Source: Thermomicrobiales bacterium
Lineage (GTDB): Bacteria; Chloroflexota; Chloroflexia; Thermomicrobiales; UBA6265
NCBI GenBank assembly: GCA_035708745.1
Contig: DASTFJ010000169.1
Coordinates: 4,534-68,533, forward strand
Direction: 5' to 3'
Length of the DNA stretch: 64,000 nucleotides
Both the position numbers and the translations under genes were made by a program. A model generated the notes under the pieces. The model was not told where the DNA came from, made no database searches, and saw only the letters and a program-made list of their open reading frames with translations. This document shows positions 46,807 to 56,106 of the stretch, in pieces. The first letter of the stretch is position 1; every line of letters begins with the position of its first letter.

Positions 46807-49086
46807 ATGACACAAGCCACCGACCCTACCGGCCCCAATGGAGCTGTCGCTCCCGCCGCTTCTTCGCCGGCGGGCACACTGGATGCTGTGGTCGAGCTCG
46901 ATCCGCAGATCTCGGTCTTGGCCAATACGCTGCTCGATGAGCTGCGTGACCAGAACTTCTCCGACAAGAGCCTCGATACCGTGGCGCGAGCGATCGAATT
47001 TGCGGTCGAGCACCACGAGGGTATGCATCGCCGTTCGGGTGAGCCGTATGTGCTCCATCCGGTAGAGGTCGCGCTGATTCTGGCGCGCATCCGGCTCGAT
47101 GCGGACACGATCGCCGGCGCGCTGCTGCACGATCTGGTCGAAGATACCGATGTTACGTATGAGGACATCGCGAACGAGTTTGGACCGCGGGTATCGGGGT
47201 TGGTCAACGGCGTCACCAAGCTGTCGAAGCTGCCGTGGACCGGCGATGTCGATCAATCCAGACGCGAGAAGGAAGCGCAGGCCGAAAGCCTGCGCAAAAT
47301 GTTCCTGGCGATGGTCGACGATATCGGGGTGGTGCTGATCAAGCTGGCCGACCGCTTGCACAACATGCGCACCCTGCAATACATGCCTCCCGAAAAGCAG
47401 CAGCGGATCGCCCAGCAGACGATGGAAATCTACGCCCCGCTGGCGAACCGCCTCGGTATCTGGCAGTTCAAGTCCGAGCTCGAAGATCTCTCCTTCAAAT
47501 TCCTGCTCCCCCACGAGTACGAAACGATCCGAAGAGGCATCGACGCGCGCGGCGCATCAGAGCGCGAATACGTCGAGCGGGTCAAGGGAATTCTCCAGGA
47601 CGCGCTCGAGGAAGCCGGCATCGAGGCGGTTCTCACCAGCCGGACCAAGCACATCTATTCGATCTACCGCAAGATGAATCTGAAGCGACGTTCTCTGGAC
47701 GAGATCTATGATCTGATCGGTATCCGGGTGGTGGTCGACGAGAAGCGCGATTGTTACGGCACGCTTGGGGTGGTCCATGCCATGTGGCATCCGATCCCGG
47801 GTGAGTTCGACGACTACATCGCCACGCCCAAGGAAAGCATGTATCAGAGTCTGCACACGGCGGTCATCGGACCGGAAGGGCACGGACTCGAAATTCAGAT
47901 CCGCACCGCCGAGATGCATGAGATTGCCGAATACGGCGTGGCGGCGCACTGGCGCTACAAAGAGGGCCGCAAGGCCGATGCGCGGGTCGAAGCCAAGATT
48001 GCCTGGTTGCGCCAGCTCATGGAGTGGCGCGAGGAAGTCAGCGACGCGGAGGAATTCGTCGAGTCGCTGAAATCCGATGTGTTCAAAGATCAGATTTACG
48101 TCTTCACCCCGAAGGGCGACATCATCGAGCTACCGGCCGGCGCCACGCCGCTCGATTTCGCGTATCGCATTCATACCGAGGTCGGGCACCACTGCGTCGG
48201 CGCCAAGATCAACGACCGCATGATCCGGCTCGATCACAAGCTGCAAAACGGCGATGTGGTCGAGGTGATGACCAGCAAGTCGAAAGTCGGGCCCAGCCGC
48301 GACTGGTTGCAGGAAGAAAGCGGGTATATCACCACTGCCGGCGCGCGCGAAAAAATTCGCCAATGGTTCCGGCGGCAGGAACGCGATGTCAACGTGCAGC
48401 AAGGGCGGGACATTCTGCAAAGCGAGCTGCGCAAGCTCGGTCTCGACTACAGCTTCGATGAGGTGCTGAGCCACTTTCCCCGGTACACCAAGGTCGAGGA
48501 TTTTCTCGCAGCTATTGGCTATGGTGGGGTGACCGCCCAAAGCGTTGCCTCCAAACTCGGGGAGAATGGGGCCCGGGATGTGGTCTCGGCCACACCGCAT
48601 ATTCCCAAACCGAAAACGCCGCAACGCGTCGTGGCGGGTGGCGTGGGCGATCTGCTCACCAATCTGGCCGCTTGCTGCCGCCCCGTGAACGGCGACGAAA
48701 TCGTTGGCTATGTGACGCGCGGCCGTGGGCTGACGGTCCACCGGGCCGACTGCCCCAACGTCACCAATATCACCGACCGCGAGCGGCTGATCGCGGTCGC
48801 CTGGGACGACAAAGGACCCGACCAAACCTTCCCGGTTCCCATCGTCGTGCGCGCAAATGACCGTGTTGGGCTGCTCAAGGACATCACCGGTATGTTGTCC
48901 GACGAGCGGGTCAATATTCTCTATACCCACACGCGCACGCATGACGACCGCGAAGTCACCATCGACATCACGGTCGAGGTGTCCGATGTCGGGCAGCTCA
49001 GCCGGGTGCTGCACAAGCTGGATGGCGTGCAGGGGGTCTATGAGGTACGGCGCGATACGTCGGGTGCGCGCAGCACGGCTGCGTGA
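46807..49086 (+). CDS. rel: Bifunctional (p)ppGpp synthetase/hydrolase (RelA/SpoT homolog)
   Basis: HD domain (HPVEVALILA...LLHDLVEDT), synthetase core (SIYRKMNLK, DLIGIRVVV, LEIQIRTAEMH), and TGS and ACT domains. Start at ATG 46807; the ORF-track 46765 is a TTG. Confidence 0.95.
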   Translation: MTQATDPTGPNGAVAPAASSPAGTLDAVVELDPQISVLANTLLDELRDQNFSDKSLDTVARAIEFAVEHHEGMHRRSGEPYVLHPVEVALILARIRLDADTIAGALLHDLVEDTDVTYEDIANEFGPRVSGLVNGVTKLSKLPWTGDVDQSRREKEAQAESLRKMFLAMVDDIGVVLIKLADRLHNMRTLQYMPPEKQQRIAQQTMEIYAPLANRLGIWQFKSELEDLSFKFLLPHEYETIRRGIDARGASEREYVERVKGILQDALEEAGIEAVLTSRTKHIYSIYRKMNLKRRSLDEIYDLIGIRVVVDEKRDCYGTLGVVHAMWHPIPGEFDDYIATPKESMYQSLHTAVIGPEGHGLEIQIRTAEMHEIAEYGVAAHWRYKEGRKADARVEAKIAWLRQLMEWREEVSDAEEFVESLKSDVFKDQIYVFTPKGDIIELPAGATPLDFAYRIHTEVGHHCVGAKINDRMIRLDHKLQNGDVVEVMTSKSKVGPSRDWLQEESGYITTAGAREKIRQWFRRQERDVNVQQGRDILQSELRKLGLDYSFDEVLSHFPRYTKVEDFLAAIGYGGVTAQSVASKLGENGARDVVSATPHIPKPKTPQRVVAGGVGDLLTNLAACCRPVNGDEIVGYVTRGRGLTVHRADCPNVTNITDRERLIAVAWDDKGPDQTFPVPIVVRANDRVGLLKDITGMLSDERVNILYTHTRTHDDREVTIDITVEVSDVGQLSRVLHKLDGVQGVYEVRRDTSGARSTAA

Positions 49087-49088
49087 CG

Positions 49089-50066
49089 ATGGCCCATTCC
49101 GCCCCGGTGCTCTCATTCGGAGAGCTGCTCATCGACCTGATCGCCACTGGTTCGACGACGAGTCTGCTGGATGTCGATATGCTGGCGGTGCGGCCCGGCG
49201 GAGCCCCGGCAAATGTGGCGGTCGCCCTGGCACGGTTGGGGATCCCGGCCGCGCTTTGCTCTGTTGTCGGTCAGGACCCGTTCGGCGACCGGTTGCTGGG
49301 GGTGCTCGATGCAAACGGTGTCGATCGCTCGCGTGTGCGGCAGGATCCGCAGGCGGACACGACGCTCGCCTTCGCGTGGAAAGATGTACGGGGAGACGGT
49401 CATTTCCGGCTAGTGCGGCAGGCAGACGTTTTGCTGAATGTCGACGATGTCGAGGCAGCAGGCATCGCTGATCTGGCGGCGATCGTCGTCGGGTCAGTTT
49501 CTTTGAGCGCGCAGCCTTCGCGCCGGGCGATCGAAGTTGCGGTGCAGCGAGCCAGGGAAGCGCGCGTGCCGGTCTGCTTCGATGTCAATTTGCGTCCCAC
49601 GATCTGGCCCGACCGGGAAACTGCTCGACACGCCTGCGAACAGATTCTGCCGTCCACCAACTTGCTCAAGCTGAGTCTCGATGACGCTCGATTTCTGCTC
49701 GATCTGGGTCCGACTCCTTCGGTCGATGACGTTTTCGCGGCGCTCGAAAACTATGCGTTCGATTTCATCGTTCTGACCGATGGTGGCCGGGGCTGCTGGT
49801 TTGCGAACCGGGAGACGATGGAGTTTTCGGCTCCGGAGCATGTCCCTGCGTACAAGATCGATGCGGTCGAGCCGACCGGCGCGGGCGATGCGTTTCTGGC
49901 GGCGACGATCGCGCGGCTGATCGAGGGCGCGTGGCATCCACTGACTGTCGACGATCTTCGGTTTGCCTCGGCGGCGGGTGCGTTGACCACTACTCGACCG
50001 GGCGCGATCGACTCCTTGCCGACCCGAGCAGAGATCGACACCTTCCTGCTCCAGCATTCGAGCTGA
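49089..50066 (+). CDS. PfkB-family sugar kinase (fructokinase/KDG kinase-like)
   Basis: SFGELLIDL at the N-terminus and the PfkB signature DAVEPTGAGDAF. ATG 49089 is 3 nt after the rel stop; an alternative GTG at 49083 overlaps the stop. Confidence 0.85.
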   Translation: MAHSAPVLSFGELLIDLIATGSTTSLLDVDMLAVRPGGAPANVAVALARLGIPAALCSVVGQDPFGDRLLGVLDANGVDRSRVRQDPQADTTLAFAWKDVRGDGHFRLVRQADVLLNVDDVEAAGIADLAAIVVGSVSLSAQPSRRAIEVAVQRAREARVPVCFDVNLRPTIWPDRETARHACEQILPSTNLLKLSLDDARFLLDLGPTPSVDDVFAALENYAFDFIVLTDGGRGCWFANRETMEFSAPEHVPAYKIDAVEPTGAGDAFLAATIARLIEGAWHPLTVDDLRFASAAGALTTTRPGAIDSLPTRAEIDTFLLQHSS

Positions 50067-50070
50067 TCTG

Positions 50071-50898
50071 GTGCCGAAGCTCTCCGATCCGGTTGCGCTC
50101 GATCTCTTCGGTCTCACCATTCGCTGGTATGCGATCTTCATTCTGACCGGTATCGTCGTTGCGCTGGTGATCATGCGCTGGCTGGCGCGCGATCGCGGAC
50201 TCGATCCCGATTTCCCGCTCGATGCGGCCCCGTTCGTGATCCTGGCGGCCCTGATCGGCGCACGCGGGTATTACCTGCTGCTGAAATGGCGGTACTACCT
50301 CGACCATCCCGGCGAGGCGATCAATATCCGGCTCGGCGGCCTGACGGTGCATGGGGCGATCGTGGGCGGCGTAATCGCGCTTTGGCTTGTGTGCCGCCAT
50401 CGCAACCAGCGTTTCCTGACCTGGGGCGATATTCTGGCGGCGGCGATGCCTCTGGGACAGGCGATCGGCCGCTGGGGCAACTGGGCGAATCAGGAAGCAT
50501 TTGGGAAGCCAAGCGATCGTGCCTGGTCGGTCGAGATCGATCCCATTCATCGCCCCGCGCAATACGCGGGCTCCTCGACCTTTCAGCCCACCTTCTTGTA
50601 CGAGTCGATCTGCGATGTCGTGATCGCCATCGTATTGATCCCGATCGTGCGGGCGATGCCGAGGCATCGTTTCTGGCGGGAGGGCGACGCGATCTGGATC
50701 TACTGCGTACTCTATGGGTCGGTGCGCTTCGTCATCGAGCGGATGCGCACCGATAGCTTGACGATTGGTCCTTATCCGGCCGCCTATTGGCTGAGCTGGG
50801 CCTTGATTTCGATAGGAGTCGTGATGTTCATCGGTCGCCGGACCGTCTGGAATGGAATGCGGGTGGTCGACATTCCCGCACCGGATGTTGCCGAATGA
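50071..50898 (+). CDS. lgt: Prolipoprotein diacylglyceryl transferase
   Basis: Signature GQAIGRWGNWANQEAFG and a polytopic membrane profile. GTG start at 50071. Confidence 0.9.
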   Translation: MPKLSDPVALDLFGLTIRWYAIFILTGIVVALVIMRWLARDRGLDPDFPLDAAPFVILAALIGARGYYLLLKWRYYLDHPGEAINIRLGGLTVHGAIVGGVIALWLVCRHRNQRFLTWGDILAAAMPLGQAIGRWGNWANQEAFGKPSDRAWSVEIDPIHRPAQYAGSSTFQPTFLYESICDVVIAIVLIPIVRAMPRHRFWREGDAIWIYCVLYGSVRFVIERMRTDSLTIGPYPAAYWLSWALISIGVVMFIGRRTVWNGMRVVDIPAPDVAE

Positions 50899-52298
50899 GT
50901 CAGCGCGCTCAACGTCCACACCCCTATGCGCTGCTCGTCACCGCGCACGTCGCCATGCTGGGCAAGCAGGGGCTGATCGACGACGCGGCGGTGCGCGTGC
51001 TTGCCGGTGTGGTCGACCGAACCGCCACCGGCGCCATCGACTCCGACGATCTGGTTGGCGGCTTGCTCGAGCTCGATGCGCGGGTCGACTCGCAATCGCC
51101 CCAGGGATTCGCCGGCGCGGCCCAGGTGGGCCGGGGGATCAACGAGCTGGTTGCCGCGCTGGCCCGAGTGATCTTGCGGGATTCGCTACTGGAGCTTGCC
51201 GAGCAGGTCGATCAGCTTCGGGAGGATTTGATCGATCTGGGGATCCAGCATGTCGTCACGATCATGCCGGCGTATCAGCAGGGCGTGGCCGCGCAGCCGA
51301 CCACGCTCGCGCATCTGCTGGGTGGACTAATCGGGCCGTACGACCGGGTCGATGGCACGATCCGGCAGACGTACGCGCTCGTGAACCGATCGCCGCTGGG
51401 AGCGGGTGCGCTGGTTTCGACCGGCTTGCCGATCGACCGCGAGGATGCCGCCGCCAATGCCGGGTTCGACGGCGCGATCGAGAATACGTTCGACGCGGTC
51501 GCCGCGACCGATCACTTCGCTGCGGTGGCGCACACAATCCGTGCGGTGGCGTCTCCCATTCGGCGTTTTATGGCCGAGATCGCCACGCTGTACCGCACCG
51601 ACCCCTCGTCGCTGATCTTGCACGACGCTTCGCCGCGGATGCGTAGCGAGCTGCCGCAGCATTCCATCATTCCGGCTTTCGACGATCTCGAACGATTGCT
51701 GGTCGATCTCGATGCCGTACTGGGTACTGTGGATCGCTGGCTCGAGCGCGCGCCGTTGGAGCCCATTGCCGAGATCTCCCGGCTTCTCGACCGGCTGGCG
51801 CTGGCCTTCGCGACGACCGGGCGGCTGATCGACCGGTTTCGAGCGTTCCTCAATCGTGAGATCGCGTTCAATCGCGCCTATCTGGCGAACCGCGCGAACC
51901 GCAATCACACCACCGTGGGAGAGCTGGCTGATTTCCTGATGTTGGAGGAGCAGATTCCGCCCGCGCAGGCCCGCGCAATGACCGGGCGGGTCATGGCGCA
52001 GCTCAAGGACGAGGGACTGGAGACCAGCGGAATTACTAGCGCGATGATCGATTCGGCGGGGATGCTGGTGCTCGGCCGCGAACTCGGCGTCGAATTCGAA
52101 TCGCTGAGCAAATATCTCGCGCCACGGCGCTTCATCGAGCGCCGTGGTGGTCTCGGCGGCCCAGCACCCATGGCAATCCGAGATTGGCTCACCCGAGAGC
52201 AGGCGGCGCTTGCTTCCGATCGCGCCTGGATCGCCGAACGGCGGGCCGCGTTGACGGCGGCGGAAGCGGCCATGCGCGCATTGGCGGACGAGGAGTAG
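50895..52298 (+). CDS. Argininosuccinate lyase-like (fumarate-lyase superfamily) protein lacking the catalytic signatures
   Basis: ATG 50895 overlaps the lgt stop (ATGA). Collinear by-eye similarity to ArgH (SPLGAGALVSTGLPIDRE, NTFDAVAATDH, MPAYQQGVAAQPTTLAHL), but the GSSxMPxKxN loop and the TGRSRND/YTH motifs are replaced. Confidence 0.7.
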   Translation: MSQRAQRPHPYALLVTAHVAMLGKQGLIDDAAVRVLAGVVDRTATGAIDSDDLVGGLLELDARVDSQSPQGFAGAAQVGRGINELVAALARVILRDSLLELAEQVDQLREDLIDLGIQHVVTIMPAYQQGVAAQPTTLAHLLGGLIGPYDRVDGTIRQTYALVNRSPLGAGALVSTGLPIDREDAAANAGFDGAIENTFDAVAATDHFAAVAHTIRAVASPIRRFMAEIATLYRTDPSSLILHDASPRMRSELPQHSIIPAFDDLERLLVDLDAVLGTVDRWLERAPLEPIAEISRLLDRLALAFATTGRLIDRFRAFLNREIAFNRAYLANRANRNHTTVGELADFLMLEEQIPPAQARAMTGRVMAQLKDEGLETSGITSAMIDSAGMLVLGRELGVEFESLSKYLAPRRFIERRGGLGGPAPMAIRDWLTREQAALASDRAWIAERRAALTAAEAAMRALADEE

Positions 52299-52492
52299 CC
52301 GAAATCGGGACAGGCGAAAATACCCCCCTCGCTTCGTTCAGCATAGGTTGCCCACTGGTCCGAGTCGTCCGGAAACACGGGCGGGCATAGGCACCCGTCC
52401 CTGCCCAGTGTCGCCGGTGCTTTCATGCGCGAGGCAGCATCAGTCGGCATGTTGACGACCACCGGCTTGGGCACGACTGAGCCGAGACGGCA

Positions 52493-53923
52493 GTGCGGAG
52501 GTCTTCTCCAGGACCGCGAACCCGTATACTTTCAATTCGCATTCTCGACCGCATTCTAGAAGAGGTATCGACCATTCCCAACACTCCTATAACGACCGAT
52601 CGGCCCGTAGAACATGCCCTGCTCGTGGCTGTCGACCAATACGGCGACACCTGGAATGTGCAGGACTCGCTGGAGGAGCTTGCGCGCCTGGCCGAGACGG
52701 TCGATGTCGAGGTGATCGGCGCGATTACCCAGAAGCTCACGCATCCAATCGCCGGCACCTATGTCGGCAAGGGCAAATTGGAAGAGATCAAAGCCGAGCG
52801 TGAGCCGCTTGGGTACGACCTGATCATCGTCGATGACGAGCTGACCCCATCTCAACAGCGGAATCTGGAAAAAGCGCTCGATGTCAAGATCATCGACCGT
52901 ACGGCGTTGATCCTGGATGTCTTTGCCAAGCGCGCGCAAACCCATGAAGGGCGATTACAGGTCGAGCTGGCGCAGCTCGAATACCGGATGCCGCGCCTGA
53001 CTGGCATGTGGACGCACCTTTCCCGCCAGGCGGTGGGTGGCGTCGGACTACGCGGGCCCGGTGAAACACAGCTCGAAACCGACCGCCGCGAGCTGGGCAA
53101 GCGCATTACCTTCATCAAGGGACAACTTGCCGATGTTCACCGGCACCGGCAGATCTATCGCGATCATCGCCGCAATCAGCATATGGCCGTGGTGGCGCTG
53201 GTGGGATACACCAATGCCGGCAAGAGTACGCTGCTCAACCGGCTGACCGACGCCGGCGTACTGGCCGAGGACAAGCTCTTCGCCACCCTCGATCCGACGA
53301 CACGGCGCGTCGAGCTGCCCGGCGGCCGCAATGTGCTGATGACCGACACGGTCGGGTTCATCAACAATCTGCCGACGATGCTCATCGCCGCCTTCCGCGC
53401 GACGCTGGAAGAGATCAACGAGGCGACGCTGCTCGTGCATGTGGTCGATGTCACGCATTCGAATGCAGTCGAGCAGTTCATCACTGTCAATGAGGTGCTG
53501 GAAGAGCTCGGCGCCGATGGCAAACCGACCGTGATCGCCCTGAACAAGGCCGACATGATCGATGACGTGTCGGACGAGGCGCTGGCTCGGCTGCGGGAGA
53601 CGATCGGGGACGAATGGCCAGTCGTCACGATCTCCGGTGTCACCGGGATGGGCATCGAGGGGCTGCTCGGCGAAATCGAGCTCGGTTTGGAAGCAGAGCA
53701 ACGCTTCGTGGACGTCGAGCTGACGGTGCCGTTCTCTCGTCACGATCTGGTCGAGCGCTTCCACAGTAGCGGCCGGGTCGAAGAAACCAGATATGACGAG
53801 CGCGGCACGATTCTGACCGGCAAGCTACCTGAGGTCTTGCTCGGGAGCTTCGCGCCGTATCTATCGGTCAACGGACCGAAAGCGCAATCGCCCGAGCTAC
53901 CGGATCGCAACGCCGTCGCGTGA
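52493..53923 (+). CDS. hflX: GTPase HflX
   Basis: HflX N-domain (ELARLAETVDVEVIG...), G1 GYTNAGKSTLLN, G3 DTVGF, G4 NKAD. The GTG start at 52493 is uncertain. Confidence 0.9.
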   Translation: MRRSSPGPRTRILSIRILDRILEEVSTIPNTPITTDRPVEHALLVAVDQYGDTWNVQDSLEELARLAETVDVEVIGAITQKLTHPIAGTYVGKGKLEEIKAEREPLGYDLIIVDDELTPSQQRNLEKALDVKIIDRTALILDVFAKRAQTHEGRLQVELAQLEYRMPRLTGMWTHLSRQAVGGVGLRGPGETQLETDRRELGKRITFIKGQLADVHRHRQIYRDHRRNQHMAVVALVGYTNAGKSTLLNRLTDAGVLAEDKLFATLDPTTRRVELPGGRNVLMTDTVGFINNLPTMLIAAFRATLEEINEATLLVHVVDVTHSNAVEQFITVNEVLEELGADGKPTVIALNKADMIDDVSDEALARLRETIGDEWPVVTISGVTGMGIEGLLGEIELGLEAEQRFVDVELTVPFSRHDLVERFHSSGRVEETRYDERGTILTGKLPEVLLGSFAPYLSVNGPKAQSPELPDRNAVA

Positions 53924-53977
53924 GCCACCCGGGCGATACTACGCAGCGGGCGCAAGGGTGCATTCGATTCAGGAGCG

Positions 53978-55063
53978 ATGGTGAGCGCCGAATCAGCGAA
54001 ATCCATTTCGTACCGTGACGCCGGCGTGGATATCGATCGAGCCACGAGGAGTCTGAGCGCCATCGCCGGGTTCGCGCGCGCGACCTCCGCTGCTGGCGCC
54101 GCAGGCGACATTGGGCATTTCGGCGGGATCTTCAGACTCCCCGCCGGCGATGACCGCCTGCTGATCGCGAGCGCCGATGGGATCGGGACCAAGATCAAGA
54201 TTGCCTTCGTGATCGGTGGCGATGCGCACAAGCGAGTCGGCGGCGATCTGGTCAATCACTGCGTCAACGACATCCTGGCGTGCGGCGCGCGACCGCTCTT
54301 TTTCCTCGATTACATCGCCATGGGCAAGATCGATCCGATCGCGCTCGAAGGGCTGGTCGAAGGGATGGCGCTCGCCTGCACCGCAAATGGGGCGGCGCTG
54401 ATCGGTGGCGAAACCGCCGAGATGCCAGGACTCTACGCCGCGGGTGAATACGATGCGGCCGGATTCATCGTCGGTGAGGTCGCGCCCGATGCGTATATCG
54501 ACGGTTCCACCATCCAGTCCGGTGACGCGCTGATCGGCATCCCCTCGGCGGGGATGCATACGAACGGATATAGCCTTGCTCGCATGATCGTCGGGCTCAC
54601 CGGGGAGGTCGAGCATGATTGGGAGACGCTGTCGAGGCCGTTGCCGGGTGGAGACGGGGAGTCGATTGGCGAAGCGTTGCTGGCCCCCCATATGACCTAT
54701 TTTCCGGTGGTTTATCCGCTGGTGCAGCAGGATCTGGTGCGGGGCATCGCGCATATTACCGGCGGTGGGCTGCTGGACAATGTGCCGCGTATGCTGCCGG
54801 GTGGCGTGGTAGCCGAACTGGATCAGCAGACGTGGACGGTCGATCCGCTCTTCACGTATCTTGTCGAGACCGGACATGTCGAGGCGCGCGATCGGTATCG
54901 CGCGTTCAATATGGGAATCGGCATGGTGCTGGCTGTTCGGCCGGGCGATGTCGATACGGTGCTGAGGGCGGTCCCCGGCGCGCGCGTGATCGGCGAAACC
55001 GCGGTCCGAGACGAGGAGCACAAGGTGACGATCGAAGGCACGGCGCTGGGAACGGTACGCTGA
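53978..55063 (+). CDS. purM: Phosphoribosylformylglycinamidine cyclo-ligase (AIR synthetase)
   Basis: SYRDAGVDIDRA, SADGIGTK and GGETAEMPG. AGGAG lies upstream of ATG 53978. Confidence 0.95.
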   Translation: MVSAESAKSISYRDAGVDIDRATRSLSAIAGFARATSAAGAAGDIGHFGGIFRLPAGDDRLLIASADGIGTKIKIAFVIGGDAHKRVGGDLVNHCVNDILACGARPLFFLDYIAMGKIDPIALEGLVEGMALACTANGAALIGGETAEMPGLYAAGEYDAAGFIVGEVAPDAYIDGSTIQSGDALIGIPSAGMHTNGYSLARMIVGLTGEVEHDWETLSRPLPGGDGESIGEALLAPHMTYFPVVYPLVQQDLVRGIAHITGGGLLDNVPRMLPGGVVAELDQQTWTVDPLFTYLVETGHVEARDRYRAFNMGIGMVLAVRPGDVDTVLRAVPGARVIGETAVRDEEHKVTIEGTALGTVR

Positions 55064-55065
55064 CG

Positions 55066-55641
55066 ATGGCGATGATCGATCTCGACAACCGGCAAATCGT
55101 CGCCAAGATCGTGGTGTATGGGCCGGGTCAGAGCGGCAAAACCACGTTTCTGCGCGCGGTTCACGACCTGATTCCAGAAAGCCAGCGCCCTCAGATCGAC
55201 TCGATCGAAAGCGACTCGGGCCGCACCTTGCTCTACGATAGCTTGCCGCTCGATGCCGGCACGGTCGGCGACTACCGCATGCGCTTTCAGCTCTTTTCGG
55301 TGGCCGGCAACGAAGGCAGCCAGGACGCTCGCCAAGCGGTGCTTTCGGGCGCGGATGGAGTGGTCTTTCTGGCCGATGCGCAGCCAGATCGGTTAGCGGA
55401 CAATCAGGCCAGCTTCGACGAGCTGATGATCTCGCTGGCGCAGCTGCAAAAGGCCAACGGAACCTTTCCTGTCGTGATTCAGTACAACAAGGTCGATCTC
55501 GTCGACGAGGCGACCCTCGGTTCGGTTAGCCGGACGCTCAATAGCGATGGGTTGCCCGAAGCGTATTCCTCGGCCCTGAACAAGCGCGGCGTGGTGGACT
55601 CGTTGCAGACGATCACTCGCCTGGTGGCGCAATCGCTGTAG
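55066..55641 (+). CDS. MglA-like small Ras-superfamily GTPase
   Basis: 191 aa, collinear with Myxococcus MglA as I recall it. P-loop VYGPGQSGKTT (MglA YGPGLCGKTT), switch I GRTLLYDSLP (ERTLFFDFLP), GADGVVFLAD (GVDGVVFVAD), VIQYNKVD (VIQYNKRD). Switch II PGQ is replaced by AGN. Starts 2 nt after the purM stop. Confidence 0.8.
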   Translation: MAMIDLDNRQIVAKIVVYGPGQSGKTTFLRAVHDLIPESQRPQIDSIESDSGRTLLYDSLPLDAGTVGDYRMRFQLFSVAGNEGSQDARQAVLSGADGVVFLADAQPDRLADNQASFDELMISLAQLQKANGTFPVVIQYNKVDLVDEATLGSVSRTLNSDGLPEAYSSALNKRGVVDSLQTITRLVAQSL

Positions 55642-55672
55642 CCACAGGGCCACCCTTCGCAACCTTTTCACA

Positions 55673-55762
55673 CTGTCATTTCGATGCGAATTGGATGCGC
55701 TCTCGGAACCGCTCGAAGTGCGCCGGGACGGAAGCGATTCTTCGCTTTCCTCAGAATGACAG
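55673..55762. repeat. 90-bp intergenic element bounded by an imperfect inverted repeat (family B related)
   Basis: CTGTCATT (55673-55680) pairs with AATGACAG (55755-55762). GCGAA (55686-55690) pairs with TTCGC (55741-55745). The right arm TTCGCTTTCCTCAGAATGAC resembles the 58178-58201 and 9386-9403 copies. Confidence 0.5.
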
Positions 55763-55785
55763 TAGAGGGATGCGGCGCATTTCAG

Positions 55786-56103
55786 TTATCGAATAACGTA
55801 CTCCTGCGCGTAGAAGCCCTGGGTTTTGTCGATGTCCTGGAAGTTGACGGCGTCGGAGACGGCGGCCTGGAACTCGGGACTTTGCTCGGCAGCGCGCCAG
55901 GCGGCTTCGTCATCGAACGAGGCGAACGCGATTGCGTCGAACGCGGGTTCGGGTCCGTCATATGAGGTCATCGGGTAGCAGCGGTAGGCGCGCATCCCCG
56001 GTGTAGCCGCGGTGAGAGGCGTGTGCTCTTCGATCCAATAGCGGGTGAATTCCTCCTGCGAGAGATCGGGGCGTTTCTTGACCAGCCAGACGACGGTGAA
56101 CAT
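55786..56103 (-). CDS. EthD domain protein
   Basis: 105 aa. MFTVVWLVKKRPDLSQEEFTRYWIEEHTPL is typical of the EthD / dimeric alpha-beta barrel family. Confidence 0.8.
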   Translation of the reverse strand: MFTVVWLVKKRPDLSQEEFTRYWIEEHTPLTAATPGMRAYRCYPMTSYDGPEPAFDAIAFASFDDEAAWRAAEQSPEFQAAVSDAVNFQDIDKTQGFYAQEYVIR

Positions 56104-56106
56104 CGA

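Noticed and set aside
55684-55965. 93-aa ORF containing FAFLRMTVEG
   Set aside because: It translates the family B repeat and then runs antisense to the EthD gene. It is an artefact of the repeat.
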